A stretch of 63,713 nucleotides of DNA, filler included, from Calcarisporiella thermophila CBS 279.70 (taxonomy: Eukaryota > Fungi > Calcarisporiellomycota), in NCBI RefSeq assembly GCF_041956535.1. It is 8 parts of 8 records of this genome, joined end to end, with 100 filler letters (N's around TTAATTAATTAA, not from the genome) between each part and the next. Parts side by side here need not be neighbours in the genome. Positions count along the whole stretch, not along the records: positions 1 to 22,871 come from NW_027192234.1; 7 more parts are not named here. One strand, 5' to 3'. The translations under genes were made by a program, and so were the position numbers. The notes beneath the pieces were generated by a model. That model was given only the letters and a program-made list of their open reading frames with translations. It had not been told where the DNA came from and did no database searches. Below, in pieces: positions 1 to 14,045 of the stretch (positions are counted from its first letter, which is position 1; each line of letters opens with the position of its first letter).

Positions 1-953
1 CCCAGGATTGTATTTTTCCCAAAAATACAATCTCCTGTGTATGAAATTATATACATAAAGCTTCGAAGAAATGGTAGAATATACTCTGATTAAAATTCCA
101 ACAGATTTTGTGTATTAATTTCACTGCAATTAGAACATGAAAATAGAAAAATTGAAAAGTGGGTTTCCAATCCGATATTTTAAATGAAATGTGAACACGT
201 CATTTGACTATTTGCTAAAATTTTGTATAGTTTTATAATTAATAACGTTTATTATTACGAACTAATAAAAGCGGTATCATCTAATCAATAGCAAACATTC
301 ATCGGCTGTGAATTTTTGGAAAATTATGCTTTTATAATTAATGGTTTTTACAAGGTTGCGAAAATTGTTCTAGTTATGGTTTGTATAGTCTCAGCGTCTA
401 CAGGTATTCTTGGCAAAACAATTACTCATAAGTTTAATCGGTAATTGTAATAAGGGCTATGTGTTTAATTGAAACAAGTGACATATACTGATTACCATCA
501 ATGTTTCATCTATATTTATGCAGCCTATTGAATCATAAATAAAATAAAATGGTATTAGTCATTGTATTGTCAAATATATTGTTCTTTTTTTTTTGTTTTA
601 ATCATGTACACTTATTGATCACTTTTTTACTCACTGGTTTGATTCCCGAGCATTTCACACGCTCAACTATAATTTTGCCTCACCCGATTTGGAGTGTACC
701 TGAATGCTTTGCCGGTGAATATGATGATGCTGTATAACATTATTCATTCACTACGACATTCAATTATTTGCCCGAGCTTTTCAATGGTAATTATCCGCAA
801 TTGATTATGGGAATGGGGTTCTATTTTTAACAAAGTTTCTAAATTTATTTCACACTTTATTTAGCAAGCCTTATAATACTCTTACAGATATATATAAACG
901 ACCCTTTTGACCGCTTTAATTTATTCATACAGCCCTACTAGTGATATATAACA

Positions 954-1368
954 ATGAAGAACTCGTTCCTTGCTCTTAGTCTTTTCATCCTTACTACCTG
1001 CACCGCCTCGATTGCCCAAGAAACCACTGCCACCAAATGCAATCCAACGGAACTAGATATCGATGTCTACGCTAAGCCTAATTTTGATGATTTTGAGTAC
1101 GCCAACGGCAGTCTAAAAAGCAACGAATGCTATACAATGAAGATTGACCATCATGTGGGAAGCTACAAGATTTGTAAGTCAATTCCACTTAAACGTTCAA
1201 GTTGCATAATTATTAATAGTAAAGCTGTGAATGTACATAGCGAAAGGATCGCAGATCACATTTTTCCCGGAACGTAGATGTAAAGGGAAAGCAGTCTATA
1301 GTGGGAAAGAATCTAATGCGAAGACGGATTTCACTGCCCGATCATTCAAGATCACTTGCTATAACTAA
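954..1368 (+). CDS. Small secreted protein, possibly beta/gamma-crystallin-like fold (2 exons)
   Basis: Signal peptide MKNSFLALSLFILTTCTASIA. GT-AG intron 1174-1240 gives in-frame exon 2 (SKGSQITFFPERRCKGKAVYSGKESNAKTDFTARSFKITCYN*). TATA-like tatataaa lies near 891. Confidence 0.7.
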
Positions 1369-2479
1369 CATGCTGGATTTTTGCTATTTATAACTAGTGA
1401 ATTACTTTATATCCCAGTCTCTTCAACACAGTTCAGTGCGGTTTTTAAGCCAGGAGTATTGTCTGACAATTGTGTAGCTATGAAATAAAAATGTTAAAAA
1501 TGCATTATTTACTAGATATTTTCCTATTTGTTGCATTATTTGTTCTGAAAAAAGAATCTATAATAGATAAAAGATAAAATGTTTACCAATATTTTTAGAT
1601 ATGTAAAATGGTATAAGTAAATGAATTCAAAAAGTCAAAATTACACATTTTTGAAATTCAACCACTACGTTCAATAGCCTGTGTGCCATATATTTTATTA
1701 ATAATATTCCCATCATTATTATTCAAGTGACTATTGAGCTATTGAGATTATACTGAAAATGTACACAATTTCAATCTACGTACATTGTCCGTATATCTTT
1801 GTATAACTCTCGACAAAGCACATAGCTCAGAAGTTGTTGAATGTAATAGCTCCAGTGCTTGCATCTACCAAAGTCTACCCTAAGAGAATTAGGTGTTCAT
1901 TACTATTAAATATTAAATTATTAATAGATAACAATGAATATTTTTCCTTGGTGTTTCGGATGAGGCCGAGAAAATATTACTGCAAATATTATTGTATTAC
2001 TGTTATTTAGGTTTAGGGTTAGATTAAGCCGCTTGTATAATATTACATCCATTCAGGAGAATTGAGCATTCAAAGAAAATTGATAAAACATACTGTCACA
2101 TTTTTCCCTACTTGTTTGATGTAAATTGAATCAGTCTTCAGAACTCTGTCTTCCTCTGCCTCCTTTTATCTACACATGTAAGATTTTGGAATAATCCGGG
2201 ACTATCAAAGTAAAAATTGTGAATTGTTGGAAACAATTTTCGTTTTTCACTTTCCTGATATCCTATAACATGGCTCAGTTGAAATATCACACTGCACATA
2301 TCAATCATTCTTTACATCATATACAATATGAAATTATTTATTGATGTGAATCCCTTAATGCTCGATACCAAGCAAACTGAGTTTCCCAATATGTATAAGT
2401 GTCTATCAACAATCCCTAAAAAATCTATATTCAGAGCAAAGCTTTAATTTCATTGTCCATTTGGAATGTTTGTAATAAT

Positions 2480-5240
2480 TTAGTCCTCTATGCGTTCATA
2501 GAAGAGCAGATAGGCTCTACTGTTTAATACTTCATCAAGAGAAGATGGTCTAACCAACGAATCGCTACAATATATCCATTCGTGTCTCTCCTCCGTAATG
2601 TCTTGCTCATTTTCGGTTGTTGGTCCATTCTCAGATTTTCTCGTTCGCTCCTCCTCGGGATTCGTGTGCTTGACCTCCAACTTTTTCCCCCTGTTTTTCC
2701 CACTCTTTCGTTGAGAAGAAATCTGCATTTGAGCCAGTGGTACATCTGGGATTATCTGTTGATCTTTCCCTCTAATCTTCGATGTTTTTACATATGCAAT
2801 ATAGTGTCCACCCATTAATCCACCCAAGTGTACTACAGCACCATAGAGTTGATAGCGCATGCTACCAATAGCTTTCTGCTTGATAAGCCGCTCGTCCATG
2901 GCATAGAGATTGAGGTTGTTATCCTCAACTTCGCTTCCGTTGGATCCAAGGCCAGAGTTCGCGTTGCAAAGTTTAATGGTGTCAGGCGGCGCCACGAACG
3001 CCTCTAGATCCACTGTCTCGGGTATCGCAACTGGATCTTCAATTTTCCGCATCTGGAGCCTTGGACCCATCTGTTGGAACCGTTTCAAGTGGCAGACTAG
3101 TACGGGGGGTAACTCTCGGATGAGGTAACGTTTGTAGGCACGACGTAGGATATAAGTGGGTTCGTCTTTTTGTTTTTCGGGAGAATTATTGGATGTCGTT
3201 AAATGTGGGATATCATTTCCGAAAGCGTCAGTTGTATCCCTTTCAAGCGATGCTAAAGAATCTATCGAACTTCCAAGATCCTCATCCTCCTTTTCTTCCT
3301 CCTCATCTTCGTTATCCACTATCTCTGAGCCCAAATTATCAAGAGCACTCGTCTCACTCATTTCTTTTTTTTGTACATTTTCTTCCTCTTGTTTCCTAGT
3401 TTTTTCCTTGACATCCTTTTCAATTGCCTTTGCTGGGTTCAGAATTCGCCAGCAACGCTCGCAAGCAAATCGATTATCTCCGTCAAGAATTTCCACATTA
3501 GTGAACAACTCCAGGCATGATTCGAGCGAAAGGTCGGAAGGAGGTGGAGGAGCTGGGATGTGGTCACCCAAGAGACGGCGAAGAAGTGCCAGATGTTCCG
3601 GTGTAGCCTGTGGAATTATCGGCTTATTAAGTACTTCAGATTGTGGCGTGCAAGAATCCAATCGAACAACATTCAATCCTTCCGCGAGTGATTCTTCCTC
3701 CTTTCCCGTAGCTAGCTCGGTTGCAGATTCGTTCGCATCAGGCGCGTTTCCATTATAAGTGTCCTCAGCTCTCAATGTTTCCCGCTCCTTTTCGATTCTT
3801 TTTTGCTCTTTCTTCTTCCTCTTCCATTTACCAGTACCTTCGTCTGCTAATTGTGAGGAGGACCGTATGGGTAGTGACAGATCCAGGAACTCTTCCTCTG
3901 CGACTGAAAGCCCTTTACATGAATCGCACACAATAATACTTGCCAAACGCCCTTTAAAGCATTGATCTATTACCGTCTCGTGTATTTCCCGCCCTTGTTC
4001 CTTGAATGCCCTATTCTCTTCGTCTCTCAGACCATCGAGGAGGCAGCGTAGTAATTCATGACTATCTTGTTGGCTTCTCCCTCTAAATTGCCTCCATCGC
4101 TTTCCGATTTGATTTAATAAGTCTTGCGGGCGAAAAGTACCCTCTTGTTGGTGCCGAAGGTGGGTGAAGGTTTGGGCAAATGAGGCAGTTAGTGGATTTC
4201 GTTCGAGATGTGCACGAGTCGGGGGAGAAGAGAGTAACCATAATAAAGATTTTGTTGCAACCAAAACCTATAAAAAATGCTAACATTAATGACACATAAA
4301 AATAGCAGGAACTGGTGTGAAAGATATACCTGTAAGACAGAATTAAAAAAGCATGTGTTTCCAAGGTTCATCAGACCAGGTGCAGTGACTTTGAAGTCTG
4401 GCTTCACGTTCTTGGCGAATGATTTAGATTCTAGTGCTAAGAAGATAATAGTGGTTGGCGGTGTCGATGTCACTGAGTAAATAAGAAAGTCTAAATACCC
4501 TTTGGGTTATTCCTCTCCTCCAACATTTTTCGCACTTCTGCACGAAACTCTGAAACAACCTTATATTTATTCCCTGACGGCATTACCTCACGTTCACATT
4601 CAAGACACCAGCATGCATGGGTTGAGAGATCCATAATAAGAGGATGCTTCCGCTCCGATTTTTGAAAGTGCTCAACAGCATGCTCCTTGGTGCAGTACGT
4701 AGCTACGCAGCTGAGGCATATCCATTTTCCGGATTCGCCCCTCTTCAGGGCATCAATATTGTTTTTAGCCAAATCATTCTCAAGGGCTGGTGTAGATGTT
4801 GGGGTAGCTTCATCACGGGTTGAGGAGCAGATCTAGGAAATAATTAAAAATTTTATGAGATTAGCTAGGCAGGACACAAAATAGTGAGTGATTTTCCTCA
4901 TACTTCACACTTCAGTGCTTCCGTTTTTATTACTTTGATTAGCTCGTTTCGCAGCTGTTTTGGCTTGACGAGCTTTAAATGTGTGCACTTCACGCGTTTG
5001 CGTTCTGGTGCATCCTCATTCTCCCCATAAAGTTCTGGATCTTTCAGTTGATTACTAGTTGGAGAATCTGGGACATCTGCAATGCAAATCAGTAAGGTCT
5101 AGGTAATTGTTTGATGTATGGGGATCCTTACCTGAATCAGAGTTGTCGATCTCGTCATGCTGATTGCTCTTATTCAGCTTTCTTGCTTCATTTCGCTGTT
5201 TTTGGGCCAGCTTACGCGGTTTTGTTTTCTTCTTAGGCAT
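2480..5240 (-). CDS. Ubiquitin C-terminal hydrolase with ZnF-UBP domain (USP16/USP45-like), multi-exon
   Basis: Cys box GLMNLGNTCFFNSVLQ, QQDSHELLRCLLDGL, His box YGAVVHLGGLMGGHYIAYV and C-terminal AYLLFYER. ZnF-UBP exon WICLSC..CTKEHAVEHF..CWCLECE. Confidence 0.92.
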
Positions 5241-5690
5241 TATTTTGGAATGGGAGGAACTGAGAACCTATACAAAGGTGCCTTGTTTACATGCAAAAAA
5301 AGGTTAGATGCAAAGGAGCATGACGGAAAGGGGGCGATTCTTTCAAAGACAGCTGAGAAGTGGAAGGCATCTCACCTAATAGCTAATTTCATAAACCATT
5401 TAGCTTCTGCTATGGGATGGATCCAGAGTCGAAGTCTTGTCTCCGTTAGTTCGTCATAGTGCGGTTCTCGTTTCAGAAAATCATCAAGATACCCGAACCT
5501 TTGTTCCTTCCAGAACACTGCCAAAACCAGCATTCATTCATTTCCAAAGAGGCTGACAAAAAGTAACACAGGCCATCATCAATTTTTTTTTTGAGCAACA
5601 TCACCCCCTGCCCGTAGATTTTTTGCGCTTGTTCTTTTTATTTTAGCGACAAAAAATAAAAAACAAATTCCGCAAAGAACAAACAGCATA

Positions 5691-8070
5691 ATGTCCGTCT
5701 ACAACCATCGTCCCATGGTGCCTCCGGGACGCACGCTCGATCTTCTTGATCAACTCAAGCAAGAATTCGACGCGTTAGCTCAGGAAGCCTCAGTTGGAAA
5801 GATGCGATTGGATGATTACGAACACAAGTGTAAGTAATTACGCAATAAACCCTCAAAGTGTTCATGATGTCTAGATTATTCAACGGCACATCCGAATCAT
5901 GGGAAATGATCATGAATCTCGCCACTAATGGCCATGTCGTTCCTACATTACTATCCCATAGTTGCACAACAAGTTCAAGAGATGAACTTATTTAAACAGA
6001 CGCTTATGGAACTGGAACAAGTCCACATTCGTTTCAAACAACAGTAAATAGCATTCTATCTTGATCGCTTCCCTTTGGATTTCGGATTTTTTCATAATTC
6101 ATTTTTTTTCGCTACTCAATCTAGATGTGAAGAGGAGATCATGCGTTTGCGTCGAGAGAACGAACAGCTTCGCGCAGGACATCCCGTCCCACCCTCAAAT
6201 GCCGCACATCAGCCCCCCACTGCTTCTCCGGCGAATGCACCGCGACCACCACAACTCGGTCATGGCTCCAATCTTTTTGGTTCAATTACTGGTGGATCCG
6301 GTGGACCCGGGGGAAGGCACGGTGCTGGCTTGCCACCTTCCGCTGGTGAACTCACTCCACCCACGCAACAACCTCAGCAAGGCCAACATCATCCAAATCC
6401 AGGCTCGTATGTGAATGGAAGTGGTGCTAGCGCGTTGCCCCCCCCTGTATCTCAACAGCAACCATCTGCGCAGCAACTCGGGGGAAAAAGACGAGGTGAT
6501 ATTGACGGCCCTGCTGGGCATGCTACACCGCAACCTCCGCCTGCGGCTGGTGTGCATGGAGGTGCGGCTGGTTCGCACAGTGGATATCCAGCTGCTGGGG
6601 GTATTCGTAAGTCCTATATGGTGTAATACTTTAAGTGTATTTATGAGCTGAGGCTGATTTGTTTCCTAATTTCTTTCGTAAAGCGAGTGGGCACGCTCCA
6701 CCCCCTCCTCCACCATCGAGTGGAGCCGGACCTTATCACGATATGGAACACGAATCAGTGCCGTCTGGTTTGCGGAAGGAAGGCCATGACTGGTTTGCTC
6801 TGTAAGCTATCAATAGTGTATGAGTGTTGGTGCCTCTGTAGATTGAATGATCCTTGTTTCTCTTAATTTAGATTCAATCCAAAACTTCCGAGACTACTAG
6901 ATGTGGATTTAAGGCATGTTTTGGAACATAATAGGTACGTAAACAATCCACCCTAATTCCCAGATGTAAAGCCCTTTTATCTAACGAAAGTGTTTTATAG
7001 CGTTGTATGTTGTGTTAGATTCAGTTCTAGCGGCCAATACCTCGCCACCGGTTGTAACAGGAGTGCGCAGATTTTCGATGTTCAAACTGGGAAAATGATC
7101 ACGTATGTATACTTGGCTTCTTCCTCGAGCGAATATAGTTTATATTTATACTCCCTATTTTTAATAGTATGTTAATAGATGAAACCATTGCACGAGATGG
7201 AAGTGATCTTTATATACGATCTGTATGCTTCTCTCCGAATGATCAGTTTCTAGCTACTGGTGCAGAAGACCGACAGATTAGGGTAATTGCATAATCAATA
7301 TCGATTCTACCTTATTTTAATTGACCCATTTTATTGTTCGTCAGATTTGGGATATTGGCTCCAAACGAGTGCGACAAATTCTTTCCGGCCACGAGCAGGA
7401 CATCTACTCGCTAGATTGGTCGCGTGATGGTCAGCGTATCGTTTCAGGATCTGGAGATCGCAGCGCCCGACTTTGGGACGCTGAAACTGGACAGTGCTTA
7501 CACGTTCTTACCATTGATGACGCTGGGCCAAAAGACGCTGGTGTGACAAGTGTCGCTATATCACCAGATGGTCGCCTAGTGGCGGCCGGCTCTCTGGACA
7601 AAATGGTACGGGTATGGGATGCTCAAACCGGCTATCTGCTCGATAGATTAGAAGGGCATAAGGACAGCGTGTATAGTGTTGCTTTCGGCCCAGACGGGAA
7701 ATCATTAGTATCTGGCTCGCTCGATAAGACACTGAGATTGTGGGACTTGAGTATGCGATCCAATGCTGGGTCGAAAGGGGGCGCAGCGGGAGGGGGTGGT
7801 GCAGTCTGTCGGCAGATTCTCACAGGCCATAAAGACTTCGTGCTCTCGGTTGCGATTTCCCCTTGCGGAAACTGGGTCTTCTCTGGATCCAAGGATCGTG
7901 CGGTGCAAGTGTGGGACGCAAAGACCGGCCATTCTCAGTTCATGTTGCAAGGCCATAAGAACTCGGTGATTAGCGTGGCGGTGAGTCCCAAGAGTGGGCA
8001 GCCACTATTTGCAACGGGTTCTGGTGACTGTAAAGCGAAAGTTTGGGCGTATACAACTCCAGGACCTTAA
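5691..8070 (+). CDS. TUP1: Tup1 general transcriptional co-repressor (Tup_N coiled coil, Pro/Gln/Gly linker, WD40 repeats), multi-exon
   Basis: N-terminus [27 protein letters not shown], then YEEEI-like [57 protein letters not shown] and [10 protein letters not shown]. Confidence 0.95.
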
Positions 8071-8912
8071 TTTTTTTCCCTCCCGCCTTTTCATTGTTTA
8101 TTTATTTTACTCTTCACCTTTCTTTTCCTCCCTATTTTCTTTTTTTTTCGTGTTATCCAAATATTCGTATTTTTTTTTTTCTTTTCTTTTTATATTTTCT
8201 ATTATTGAATTATCCTGCTTTTTATTTTTTTTTTTTAGGTATTTTTTTTACAAAATCTGTTAATCGGTGAGTAACCTTTTTTATATGTCATAATATGGAG
8301 TTCCTGTGTGAGTTTGTGTTTCTTTTATGTTATTTAAAATTTCAAAATGAATAAAATAGTAAATAAAGGTTACTAAGGCATATTCAAATGCTCCTAGGCT
8401 TCGAGCTACAATAATTAGTACCACTATGTACAGAGGATCCCTTTTAAATCAACCTAAGAGGATGATTTGGTTAACTCATCTCTTTTGATAGGTCATAACG
8501 ATGGCAAATGAGTTTAGGGCTTGGTTGATTTATTTTTACTTAAAACGCAGGGGATACTTGAAATCAAGCGCTCGTTTCATTTGAGTAATCAGCTTCCTAA
8601 GCCTATAAAAAATTATGCTTCCGCTTCAATAATCGAAAAAGAAATAGCACAGGTCTTTATCACTTCCCCGCCCAGGGGGGTATAATATAGAGTGGTTTCC
8701 GCTCGTGAGCGGATAGAAAATAAACAAAAGCAAGTCAACAACAAATCGAAAAAAAGAGCAAAGAATATACAAAAAACTAAATAAACAATAATAAGATCGA
8801 AATAAACGACATATAAACAGCTGTTAAGGAGAGAATTAGTAGGTCGAAGGAGGGTGATTAAAAAAAATAATAAACGATATTCCAATCTTCTACGAAAATA
8901 TTGAAACACAAA

Positions 8913-10759
8913 TTAGTTTGATCCCGACGTGACAATCCGTTTTCGCGTTGGGCAACGTCGTGGTTTCTCAGGCACAGCCAGAGCAGTCAACTTTTCGTCC
9001 TCCTCATTTCCTTCCCACCATGCCTCGGCAGCACCGAGTAGCTTAGAATTCGATTCCGCTCTGGGTGGGTGAATCAAAGCCGAAGGAGTTGAAGAAGACT
9101 TACGGTGGTGAACGTGGTGCACACGATAAGGAGACTTTTCGTGATCTGAGAGCAACCCAGCCTGGGAAAATGACGCCCTCTGTTCCTTGTTGTCGCTTTC
9201 GATGTCTACGCCATTTGACAGAGAACCATCAGCAGTGGAGTTGCTGCTCTGCGAAGAAGGCAGTGAATAAATTGAGGTTGTTTGCAAGCGCGAAACACTA
9301 GATCTTCTTCCTCTGACAGGCTGGCTCTCAGGTCCCATCAATGGAATAGCTTCAGATGTGCTCTCGCATGCACTATCTCTCCTCACCATTGATGGGACAG
9401 TACGAACAATTGTCGTTGGTACGGGTGGATGTTGAAACAACGTTTCTCCCTCATTTACAAATAGCTTGAAAAGTTTGTTGCCTATTCCCAAAGTGGGGCA
9501 GAATATAAGGCTCAAATTACTGGTGGTCATTTTGTTGTGCTCTGAGTGAGAAGCAACTCGGCGAAGATGATTACAAACATAAGCGAGAATATGGAAATTA
9601 GCCGGTGGGAGCGACGAAACAAGGTTTGCGAGATCGTCAAGGGTGTTTGAAGAAGAGGATCCTGCTACCTCATCATGGGTCGCAGAATTGTAGAATAGAG
9701 TAGCGGTGTCGTTGAATTTAGAGATAAACTGCGAAGGAATAATGGGTTCTGGCACTATAGGTATAGTTTAGAGGTTAAATTCTATTTGTTTATAAAATGG
9801 ATATATCTTTGAAACATTACATTCTCTAAGATAGGTTTTTAAAAGTGTGCTGACTGTGTGTGAATCCTGTTCACCCACGGCGAGCTCCAAATCAGATCCT
9901 ATTAGAAAAATAGAAATCAGGGTTGAGATAGATTACCAAAAACTCTTTAAAGAGGAGGTGAAGCCACCATTGTCAAAAACAGTTTTTAGTCTTGCGACTG
10001 AGGATGCGCTTCCGGATACTCTATACAATCCCACCTCGTCTAGACCTATGTATATCATTGAATAGAGCGGTTTTAGTTAAATATTCCCCATACAAAATCC
10101 CTCGCATCATGGTTACCATGCTTGTCTAAGAACTCCACGCATCGTACGACAACACCAGGGACTAACGCTTTCCCTTCAATGTACGTCATATCCAGCGCTG
10201 CTTGAAGACTTGCTCCAAACACATGGATATCTTCATCCCAGCTCTCAGTGACAATTTCCGTTGCAATCCCAGGCTGCCCGCGCTGCTCCTGCCACTTTTT
10301 CCACTTCTCAACCGCAGTGTTCTTATATCCCCTGGCAGCTTCACCCCCTTTAGCCCTCCACTCGGAGCTCTTCTCTTGTACAACAGTGCTCACTTGTGCA
10401 ATGTTGGGCGCAATTCGCTCACGGGCTATGGCAGAGAGCTTTGAGATACTTGTTCGTAAAGATGTCCGTCTATCAATGCTTCCATTTCCACGTCCGAATG
10501 GAGAACATTCTAATTCATCCTCAGCACTGTCCATAGGCAGAGTATGATGAGTCGCTCTCTGGGAGGGTATGTTCAACTCAGTGTAGCGCACGGAATCAGA
10601 AGGAGAAGTCGGATTTGAGACAGTACGATGTGGTGGCAGATCCGGTGAGAGGTCTGGGGGTCTTAAGGCTTTAAATGATTGGCCACGGGATCGTGCGGGT
10701 TTAGCAGGAGGAGTTCTTCCATTGCCACTGCTATTCAGTTGAGCTGTCGTTGCCGACAT
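8913..10759 (-). CDS. RhoGAP domain protein, multi-exon
   Basis: VFGASL..VPGVVVRCVEFLDKHG, GLDEVGLYRVSGS (Arg finger), LPEPIIP and NKMTTSNLSLIFCPTL. Confidence 0.88.
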
Positions 10760-11578
10760 GATAAGTAACACTCGATGTACACGATTGGAGACAATGCTCG
10801 TAAATGCGTATAGGAAATTATATTTATTTTTTTCGGATTTCAAAGAAAAATAAAAGAACGGATAGGATTCAAGTGACTTGTGTGGCCCCTAACATAGGTG
10901 TGACGTAAAAAAGAAATCCGCTTCACAATCCCACGAAGAAAATTAGAGCTCTACTGTAAAAATAAGAACCCGGAATCGAGGCAAACAGCATCGATTAGAT
11001 ATCTTAGCTGGCAGCTTGAATACCATCCTCGTAGCTACTCCTTTAGGCCTTGTCTGAAGAAAGTTTGTCAAGCTAAAATAACATTATCTTGGCTGCTCTT
11101 TTTTGGCTGTACCTATTTGGAAAAGTTTGTGTTCCGCGCCTCTCGCAGCACAAGCTCTTAAAGTTTCTCACGAAATTATCAAGCCCGATTCATCCGTGGA
11201 CAATGGCCAGCTGTATGCATGAGAAGTGATAGAGCCCAATTCCACGGCATAATCACATCCTATAGGTATTTTATATTATACGACAAAATCCGTTTAAGCA
11301 CAACCATGGTCTTTATTAATAATCCCATTTACAACCATAGAAAACAAAAAGCTATAATTCTCCTCTTGACGTTAAATAACAATAGGACAGCAGAGTAAAG
11401 TGAATAAATATACGACTGACTGAGATATATAGTCCAAATAATTACATAAGCGAGATCTTACAGATTGCTGGTAATCCAAAAGGTGGAAGGTGTGATAAAA
11501 AAATAGGTATGAACAGGAGGGGAGGATGGTGAAAATTGAAGGAAAATAAAACTAGGAAGAAGAGAAAATAGAATTGCC

Positions 11579-12242
11579 TCATTCGTACCGCATACCTAAA
11601 ACTACAGCAAAAACTGCGACTAGGCCCGCGAACACCAGTACTGCCGAAATGCCTACGCTTCCACGGCTCGCGGGAAAATCACCATATGCCATGCGGGTCT
11701 GGATATTAAAATAGCGTGACATTGCGAAAAAAATGAATAGAATTCCTAGGGCAACGAAAGCTGCACCCAGGGGCTTCCCCGCATTTCGTGATTCAGATAC
11801 ATCGGAAGTTTGCTGAGAGGAAGTTTGTAGGCGGAAGAGCTGAGTTATTGCTATAGCGTAATAAATATTGTCGAAGTTGAGTAATGCAATGCACATGAAT
11901 CAAAATGATTTACATGTTAGTACGTACCAACTCCAACAGTAATCAAGGATAGAGATGTACGCAGCCAGGCTAAATAAGTTCTTTCATTAGCTAATAAAAG
12001 ATATTGATGATTCAATTATAGATGCTTTCATATTCAGTCATATAAGAAAGGGCACCTAGATGATCTCTGGCAACAGAACCCTTGTTTTCTAATGAGAGCG
12101 AAAAGGAGCATTTAGAGAAGAAATCATGCATCAGAACATGTATGGGGGACAATCTCCGTTGTTTTTGAGAAATATTGCCATTTGAACAAGGGTCACGTTG
12201 GTACTCTTGCTCATCATGCTCCGTGGATGGGCCAGAAGACAT
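11579..12242 (-). CDS. DUF202/YidH-family membrane protein, multi-exon
   Basis: LENKGSVARDHL, ANERTYLAWLRTSLSLITVGV, AITQLFRL and C-terminal TM segments with FPASRG. Confidence 0.85.
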
Positions 12243-12480
12243 TATTACTAACCGCTTGATAGGAGAGATTAATAGCTTTATTTGATACAAATTGAACTCT
12301 CCAATAATAAGACATCTGATATTGACTGAATATGGATACCTACTTGGCGTGATCCGAGAATTCTGTAGCCCTAGCTATAAAGGAATTCATATTCTCACGG
12401 ATTTGTCATCGCCTTCTCAGCCATTAAGTTAGGAGGATTTGATATAAAAACACGCAATAATATTATTTGTAAAATATTTT

Positions 12481-13782
12481 ATGCTTAAATTGATATTTCA
12501 ACAAAGGCGCATCTTTTGCAGCCTATATACACGTACCTCTGCTTTAAATAATATTTCAAAGGGTCAATTCTCTACTATGTCGAATACAACTTCAAGTACC
12601 AACATTCAACAGTGGGCATCCAAGGATGGTGCCTTTCATCGTCAAGCCTCTCAATGTAAGAGCCCGATTTACCCGAAAACTGATGCAACCCCTGTTTTAT
12701 TGCTTTAATTCTTTAGTTAGAAACTTCATTAGCAGAGAACCTAATTCCAAATTCCCACCAGAAGCGTAACTATTTCTGTAGTTTCCTCCTCTTACATATA
12801 CCTAACTTTAAGTAACTGAAAGCGATCGCTATCACCTCTTTGTCTCACTTGCTTGCCCATGGGCTCATCGTACCCTAATTGTTCGTGGATTGAAGGGACT
12901 GGACTCAATAATCGGTGTGACTGTTGTAGACCCTCTTATGGAAGAAAAGGGGTGGCGCTTCAACCCAGACCTTAAGATATATGATCCAAACCCTGTTTCT
13001 GGGATTGAATATTTGCGCGAACTGTATTTAATTGCCAACCCACAGTATAATGGAAGATATACTGTGCCGGTTCTTTGGGACAAGAAACAGAAAATAATTG
13101 GTATGATTAAATATATCAACACTTTATGGCATTTATTGGAGCTGGCTCTTTTTCATGTAGTAAATAATGAATCCGCCGAAATTATTCGCATGTTCAATGA
13201 GGTTTTTGATGATATTGTTCCCAGCTCCCGTGGGCTAAACTTTTACCCCGAAAAATTGCGCAGCGAAATCGATTCCTTGAATGAGTGGATCTATGACACT
13301 GTGAACAATGGTGTCTACAAAGCTGGATTTGCTACCTCTCAGGAACAGTACGAAATTAACTGTCGTGCCCTTTTCCAATCCCTAGATAGGATTGAAGGGA
13401 TATTGGGAGAGAAAGTGTTTTTGACTGGAAACGAACTCACAGAAGCAGATATCAGATTGTGGACGACAATTGTTCGTTTTGATCCGGTTTATCATGGGCA
13501 TTTCAAATGGTAATCAAAGCCCTTCCGTTTCTGTATAGTTTTTGCAAAAAAAATGCTCACATTCTTGATATATTAAGCAACGTGAAAGGTATTGAGAAAG
13601 ACTATCCAAACATCCTACGATGGGCACGGCAGATTTATCAGTTGGATGATAGAATCGCCAACACGTTGAGTATTGAGCACATTAAGAAACATTATTACAT
13701 GTCCCATACGAATATCAACCCTACACGTGTGGTTCCCCTGGGCAATGGCCCCGATTTAACCAAGCCTATTGTCAAGAAATGA
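12481..13782 (+). CDS. ECM4: Glutathionyl-hydroquinone reductase / Xi-Omega-class glutathione transferase (ECM4/YqjG family), multi-exon
   Basis: DGAFHRQAS, RYHLFVSLACPWAHR active site, YTVPVLWDKK, VNNESAEIIRM, VNNGVYKAGFA and RFDPVYHGHFKCN. A second in-frame ATG lies at 12577. Confidence 0.92.
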
Positions 13783-14045
13783 TTCAAAAAATTGTGTAGT
13801 TAACACTGATTGTTTAGTTAATATTGTGTCTAAGAAGCTTTTAAACTGGACAGAAAAAGGACAACTTCGCCAAGGTTAAATAAAATGTTCCCAAATAACT
13901 TCAAAATTGTAGGTTATTTTTGTAGCTAATTATTTTGCGCCACTTAACTTAAATAGAGTGTGGCTTGATAAGTTCCCAGAGGTGTTTCCAGAATTACCTA
14001 ACACACACTTATTATTTTACGATTGCCTCTTTTCCTTTTGTCTTA

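Noticed and set aside
2006-2025. tttaggtttagggttag telomere-like sequence
   Set aside because: Only one perfect TTAGGG unit; compatible with chance.
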